Assembly: GCF_009914755.1 (NCBI RefSeq)
Contig: NC_060931.1
DNA length: 64,000 nucleotides
DNA from: the human T2T-CHM13v2.0 reference genome, Homo sapiens
Reading direction: 5' to 3' (one strand)
Made by a program: the position numbers and the translations under genes. The notes beneath the pieces are model-generated. The model was not told where the DNA came from. It searched no databases and was given only the letters and a program-made list of their open reading frames with translations. Below, one piece after another: positions 55,203 to 64,000 of this stretch. Positions within the stretch are counted from its first letter, which is position 1; the number at the start of each line of letters is the position of its first letter.

Positions 55203-55865
55203 AAAAAAAAAAAAAAAAACCCAAAACACCCCAGTTCAGAACTCCTTGGGGAGATGGATTTGAGGGTCTCCTCCCATCTCCCTGCTTGGCTCCCAGCGAT
55301 CCTGAAACTCTTTCTCTGCTGCAAACCCTGCTGCCTCCGCGCATTGGACTGTGACTGCATAACAGGCACTCGAACCTGTGGGCCCACATGCAGCTCTTCC
55401 CTCCTGAGTGTGACCTCGGGTGAGCCCTGCGTCCTTGAGGAGCCTCTGTTTCCTCATCTGTGAACTGGGGTCACACCTCCTGCCCTGCAGAGTTGCTGTG
55501 ACAGTGATGACGTGTGGAGCACCAGCATGGTCTGCCAGCGTGTGGGGCCAGGACAGAACACTTCCCCATTGCTGCTCCCTTGGTGTTTGGGTTCCTGGTC
55601 CAGGGCACCTTCCTCCTCCCCCAGCCTGGACCAAGCCCACTCCTGTGTGTGCTTTCAAGTGGACAGGAGGCCCAGGGCAGGGAGGGCAGCCCACGCTTAC
55701 TTTAAGAATTTCTGACCTCCAGAGACAAGGATGCCAGGACCTCCACTGGGGGCCACCATGGCAAACTTTCCCGCTTTCAGGACACCCCACATGGCCCCCG
55801 GGATCTGGCTTTGGGAAGGAAGATGGTGCCTGGATTGCAAAGGCCTTTCAATCTCATGCCCTGCG

Positions 55866-56582
55866 TCATGGGGTAAATTGTGTCTCCCTCAAATTCATAC
55901 GCCAAAGTTCTCACCCCCAGGACCTCAGAATATGGCTGTATTTGGAGACAGAATCTTTTTATTTTTATTTTTATTTTATTTTATTTTATTTTTTGGAGAC
56001 AGGGTCTCACCCTGTCACCCAGGCTGGAGTGCAATGGCCCTATCAGGACTCACTGTAGCCTCCACCTCCTGGGCTCAAGCAATGCTCCTGCCTCAGCCTC
56101 CTAAGTAGCTGGGACCACAGGCATGCACCACCATGCCTGGCTAATTTTTAAAAATTCTTTTGTAGAGATGGGGTCTTACTATGTTGCCCAGGCTGGTTTT
56201 GAACTCCTGCCCTCAAGCAATCCTCCTGCCTCAGTCTCCCAAAGTGCTGGGATTACAGGCACGAGCCACGGTGTCTGGCCAGAGACACGGTCTTTAAAGA
56301 GATAATGGAGGGAAAATGAGGTCACTAGGGTGGGCTCTGATCCAATCTGACTGGAGTCCTTCTAAGAAGAGGAGATTAGGACACAGATGCTCACGGAAGG
56401 ACAATCACCTGAGGACATGGGGAGAAGATGCTGTCTGGAAGCTGAGGAGGAGGCCTCAGGGGATCCAGCCCCACCCACACCTTGATGTTGGACTTCCAGC
56501 CTCCAGGATCGTGGGAAATAAACGTCTGTTGTTTCAGCCACCTGGTCTGTGAGAGTTTGTTATGGCGGCCCAAGCAAACTGA
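55866..56582. mobile_element. MLT1-type LTR interrupted by an antisense Alu (~55955-56280)
   Basis: gtcatggggtaaattgtgtctccctcaaattcatac ... ttgttatggcggcccaagcaaactga. Confidence 0.7.
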
Positions 56583-56724
56583 CCCACCGAGGAATTTCGC
56601 TTTTGATCTTATGGGTGGTGGGGTCAGTGGGGGCTTTGAAGCCTTGGTCCCACACAGGGCTGGGGGCTCCTCGGCTGCAGGGTGGAGGGGGCACTCCACG
56701 GGGAGAGGCCCAGGCTGGGAGACC

Positions 56725-57935
56725 AGTGTGTAGGAGTGTGTCTGTGTAGGGGTGTGTGTTTGTATGTAGGGATGTGTGTATGTAGGGGGGTGTGTGTGCG
56801 CCTGTGTAGATGTGTGTGTGTAGGGGTGTGTGTGTCTGTGTAGGTGTGTATGTAGGTGTGTGTGTATGTAGGGGTGTGTATGTAGGGTGTGTGTGTGTGC
56901 CTGTGTAGATGTATGTGTGTGTAGGGGTGTGTGTGTGTGTCTGTGTAGGTGTATATAGGTGTGTGTGTATGTAGGGGTGTGTGTGCCTCTGCAGGTGTGT
57001 GTGTGCCTGTGTGTGTGTGTATGTAGGGGGTATGTGTGTAGGGGTGTGTGTGTATGTAGGGGGTGTGTGTATGTAGGGGTGTGTGTAGGGGTGTGTGTAT
57101 GTAGGGGTGTATGTGTGTAGGTGTGTGCGTGTAGGGGTGTGTGTACATGTAGGTGTGCATAGGTGTGCGTAGGTGTGTGTAGGTGTGTGTAGAGGTATGT
57201 GTGTGTAGGGTTGTGTATGTAGGGGGTGTAGGTGTGAGTGTATGTAGGGGGTGTGTGTTATGTAGGGGTGTGTGTAGGTGTGTGTGTAGGTGTGTGGAGG
57301 GGTGTGTGTAGGTGTGTGTAGGGTGTGTGTACATGTAGGTGTGCATAGGTGTGTGTAGGTGTGTGTAGGTGTATGTATGTGTGTATAGGGTTGTGTGTGT
57401 ATGTAGGGGGTGTAGGTGTGTGTGTATGTAGGGGTGTGTGTTATGTAGGGGTGTGTGTAGGTGTGTGTATAGGGGTGTGTGTAGGTGTGTGTGTATGTGG
57501 GGGGTGTGTTATGTAGTGTGTGTAGGTGTGTGTAGGGGTGTGTGTAGGTGTATGTGTGTGTGTATGTGTGTGTAGGGGTGTGTGTAGGTGTGTGTGTATG
57601 TAGGGGTGTGTGTCGGTGTGTGTCGGTGTGTGTAGGGGTGTGTAGGTGTGTGTGTAGCTGTATGTGTGTGTAGGGGTGTGTGTATGTAGGGGTGTGTGTT
57701 ATGTAGGGGTGTGTGGAGGTGTGTGTGTATAGGGGTGTGTAGGTGTGTGTAGGTGTGTGTATAGGGGTGTGTGTAGGTGTGTGTATAGGGGTGTGTGTAG
57801 GTGTGTGTGTATAGGGGTGTGTAGGTGTGTGTAGGGGTTGTGTGTAGGTGTATGTGTGTCGGGGTGTGTGTAGGTGTGTGTAGGTGTGTGTGTGTAGGGT
57901 GTATGTACATGTAGGTGTGTGTGTGAGTGTGGGTG
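56725..57935. repeat. GT-rich array of (TG)n interspersed with TAGG/TAGGGG
   Basis: ~1.2 kb, nearly C-free on the + strand. Confidence 0.97.
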
Positions 57936-58745
57936 GCGCGAGGGTTCTCCAGCCCCAAGTGCGTTGGTAAGAACGCGAGGAGGGGAGAAGGACAGCTGGA
58001 ACCGTCTGAGCGGCGGGGGAGCCGGTGTGTGAAGCCGGCACCACGTTAGCGGAACCGAGTTATTGAAGGGCCCCACCTGGGTGGAGCCGTGAGTGTGAGC
58101 AGCTTCCGCTTCCCCCGGAAGCTGGCGTCGTGCAGGAACCCTCACCCGCCCGAGCGGGGCCCTGGGCCTCCGGGTCACTCTCTGTGGCGGGGTCTGGCTG
58201 CGCGTCAGACGGCCTCCTCCAATGCCCGCAGTTGCTGTCGCCCCCAGGCCTGGACCGGGGAGTGAGGGGTGGGCCTGACCGGCCCCTGAGCTCCCGTCAG
58301 CCCCCCACGCGAGCCCGTCCTGTGCTGGGGGCAGGGAGATGGGCCGGTGGGAGAGGAGACCGCATCCAGCCCTCCCTGGCCACCTGCAGGGTCCCCACCG
58401 TGGCGGCTGCTTTACTGCTAACTCCTCCCGGGGACCCCAAGTCCCCATCGCTCTCGGGGGGCCCCCTCATCCGAACCGCCTCGGAGGAGGGCCGCATCTC
58501 ACGCGGAGCACCCCTCCACGCCTGTGACCCTGGACTTGCTCTCCCGCCCCCGCCCGGGCCTCAGGGCTCAGGAGGCCGTGATGAAGCCAGCAGGTGAACT
58601 GCACCCTGGAGCCTCCGACGGGGCGGCCACGGGCAGCGAAGACCCCGGAAAAACAGGTTCGAGGCAGACACAAGATCCAGGCCCCGGCAGGCTCCGTGTC
58701 TGCCGAAGGCTTCCTGGGTCATAGGCGACACCTTCCCGCCGTGCC
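57935..58745. promoter_or_regulatory. CpG-island-like segment with no assignable coding gene
   Basis: Sharp rise in CpG density directly after the GT array. ETS-like ccggaag at ~58114. Confidence 0.55.
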
Positions 58746-58824
58746 CTCTTGTGGGAAAGGGGTGAGGGAGCCCTCTGGGGCTCCTTTTATTTATTTTTAA
58801 TTTTTTAATTTTTTAATTTTTTGA

Positions 58825-58968
<144 letters not shown>

Positions 58969-59109
58969 TAATTTTTTGTATTTTTAGTAGAGATGGGGTT
59001 TCACCATGTTGACCAGGCTGGTCTCAAACTCCTGACCTCAGGTGATCCGCTTGCCTTGGCCTCCCAAAATGCTGGGGGTCACAGGCGTGAGCCACCTCAC
59101 CCGGCCGTG

Positions 59110-60040
59110 AAATTTGTATTTTTAAACTTTGTATAAATGGTATTTTGCTGTCCGTGACATTCAGCAACTTGCTCTTCTCACCCCACAGTACCCTTCTGAG
59201 GTTAAGCCGCGTTGATAGACGCAGGTGTGGTTCATCTGGAATCTGTTGGTGTGAACTGCGCGGCGGCGTCCCCCACCAGGCACCACAGGTGATTCATTCG
59301 TTTCCCTGAAAAGGCGCCTGGATGCTGTTTCTAGCTCCCGTTATCCCCAGCGATGCTGCACCTGCCCCAGGACACACGCTAGGGTGGAACCGCCGGGCAT
59401 GGAGCAGGTGTGGTCTCAACCGCAGGAGAAACAGCCGGGTAGCCTCCAAAGGGACGTGCCACTTGGCGCTCCTGCAAGGGGAGAGGCACTGAGGCTCTCG
59501 GTCCTCACCAGCACGTCCTTGTGCCACACTCAGGCCCGGCGGGTGGTGTGGGGGCCGCATCTCATGGAGGTCTCCGTCCACGTTGCCCCCATTGTGACCG
59601 CAGCGGGCGCCTCTTGGTAGCAGCCACCGGCCTCTTCTGGGACTCGCCGGAGGGTTTCCACGTCGCCCGCTCCGACGGGGCTGTTCATCTCCCCTTGATC
59701 TGTGGGACTCCCCGTCCGTCTCAGGTATGACCCCTTTGTTGGTGATCTGGGTTGCAGATATCCCCTCTGTGTCTGTGGCTTGTCTCGCTGCGTTGTTTAT
59801 GGTGCGCTTTTGTCATGCAGACGTTTCTAATTTTGCTCTGTCTGGACTTGGCAATCTTTCTGTTCGTGATTTGTGCTTTTGGTGTTTATGTACAAACTCT
59901 TTCCCGGTCCAGAAAGCATAAAAAAGTTTGCTTTGTGCGCTGAGGTCTCTAATCCATGTCACAGGAATTTGTGGCGGGTTGGGGCAGAGGCTTTGCTTAG
60001 CGTTTTCCATCAGGTGAGCCCATTTCCCCAGATTGACTGC
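59110..60040 (-). mobile_element. Highly diverged L1M fragment
   Basis: tgtataaatggtattttgctgtccgtgacattcagcaacttgctcttctcac ... atttgtgcttttggtgtttatgtacaaactctttccc, L1 antisense motifs. Confidence 0.5.
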
Positions 60041-60299
60041 ACAGCCCGTGCTCCGCAGGGTCCCACACTGGCCTCTCTGAGAGGCTGTGTTGCTAGACCT
60101 CCATCTACTCAAAGCTTCCGGGTGATGAATGGGGAGATTTGAGTTTCTGGAAGCCAAGGGGAGGGGCACAGGATTGCAGGAGCAGAGAGAGGTGAGGAGG
60201 GCCTGGGGTGACAGGTGGCTGCCCCACTCATAGGTGGCCAGATCCCGGGGAAGGGGTGGCAGGTGGGGAACTCCTGGGGGGTGCAGTGGGAATAATACA

Positions 60300-62445
<2,146 letters not shown>

Positions 62446-62744
62446 AGGGGCCGACCCCAGACTCTGTGCTCCCAGAGGCAGCTCTGCCTGTGCAGGACAG
62501 CAGCCACGGCCGAGGGTGGGGACGCCTGGAGATGCCCAGTGATGCTGCCCCGGCGTCTTCTCCTCCACCCGGCCCTCCTCCTCACTCAGTCCCTGGGCTC
62601 ACACCTCACACCACGGGGACATGGGGTACAATGCGGATGCTCAGGTAGGAGTTAGAGGCTCGGGCCCCAGGGAAATGGAAGCACTGGAGCCATTGTCAGA
62701 AAAGCAGGGGTAGCTGGGCATCTAGGGGCCTGGGTGGGCCGGGA

Positions 62745-63420
<676 letters not shown>

Positions 63421-64000
63421 AGCCCCTAAAAGGGGGCACAGGGATGGAGGAATGTGAGGGGCGGTGGGACCTGGAGCCATTGGCCCAGCCCTTTCCACCT
63501 GCAAGGGGCCTGCGGGAGGTCCCATGAATGGGGGTGTGGGTATCACTGAAGATGGGTGTGTGCAGGGTGTGACAACATGTGGGACATGGGACTGCCAGGA
63601 CAGAGACACCTTGGGGGCCTTTTAAGGGTCAGGGACCCCACACCATGCCATCAGCAGGAAGCCTCAGGGACAGGTGGCATTGAGAACCCACTGCCCTGCC
63701 TTCTACACATTAGGAGCCCAGACCCAGCACTGCAAGGAGAAGGGAGGGGAGCTGAGATGGTCAGAGGCTGTTTCCATCGCCCTAGAGAGGCAGAGGCAGC
63801 CCACAGCCCGGTTACAGATAATCACGAATTGCCCCTTCCCCAGCACCCCTCAGTTTGGGGCCCGAGCTGGCCCTGCAACATGCCTGTGTCTTGTTGCTTC
63901 TCTTGGGGTCCACACATCCACCCAGAGTCTGGGGCAAAGTCACCAAGAAAGACCAGTTCCCTCCAAGCCAGAAACAGGAATTCTTGAAGCCACAGTAGTT

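Noticed and set aside
56560-58044. 494-aa T/H/P/Y-rich ORF
   Set aside because: Translation of the GT-rich array.

Overview
Human, GC-rich, Alu-dense DNA that I recognise as the 7p22.3 PSMG3 locus. The only well-supported protein-coding gene is PSMG3 (proteasome assembly chaperone PAC3, 122 aa, minus strand, coding exons 7443-7228 and 5954-5802). It shares a CpG-island bidirectional promoter (~7.85-8.75 kb) with the lncRNA PSMG3-AS1/KIAA1908 (plus strand, to ~27.85 kb). A processed TFAM pseudogene (TFAMP1) lies at ~53.0-55.2 kb. The rest is Alu, LTR (MER41, MLT1/MLT2, THE1, MER39-like) and old L1 fragments, large (CCAT)n and GT-rich arrays, VNTRs and several AT/TAAT-rich enhancer-like islands. 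I see no new protein-coding system: the long ORFs in the track are mostly repeat artefacts. The most interesting observations are structural. (1) TFAMP1 and a tail-less Alu sit inside one shared target-site duplication, suggesting an Alu-mRNA template-switch chimera. (2) There are three short locally duplicated segments; two interrupt host repeats and one is inverted. (3) The first coding exon of PSMG3 is flanked by inverted Alus and would form a stop-free in-frame circle. (4) A MER41-family LTR retains a GAS site, and there is a perfect CNC-sMaf element in the PSMG3 3' UTR. Repeat family names and gene identities come from recalled consensus sequences, not from searches.
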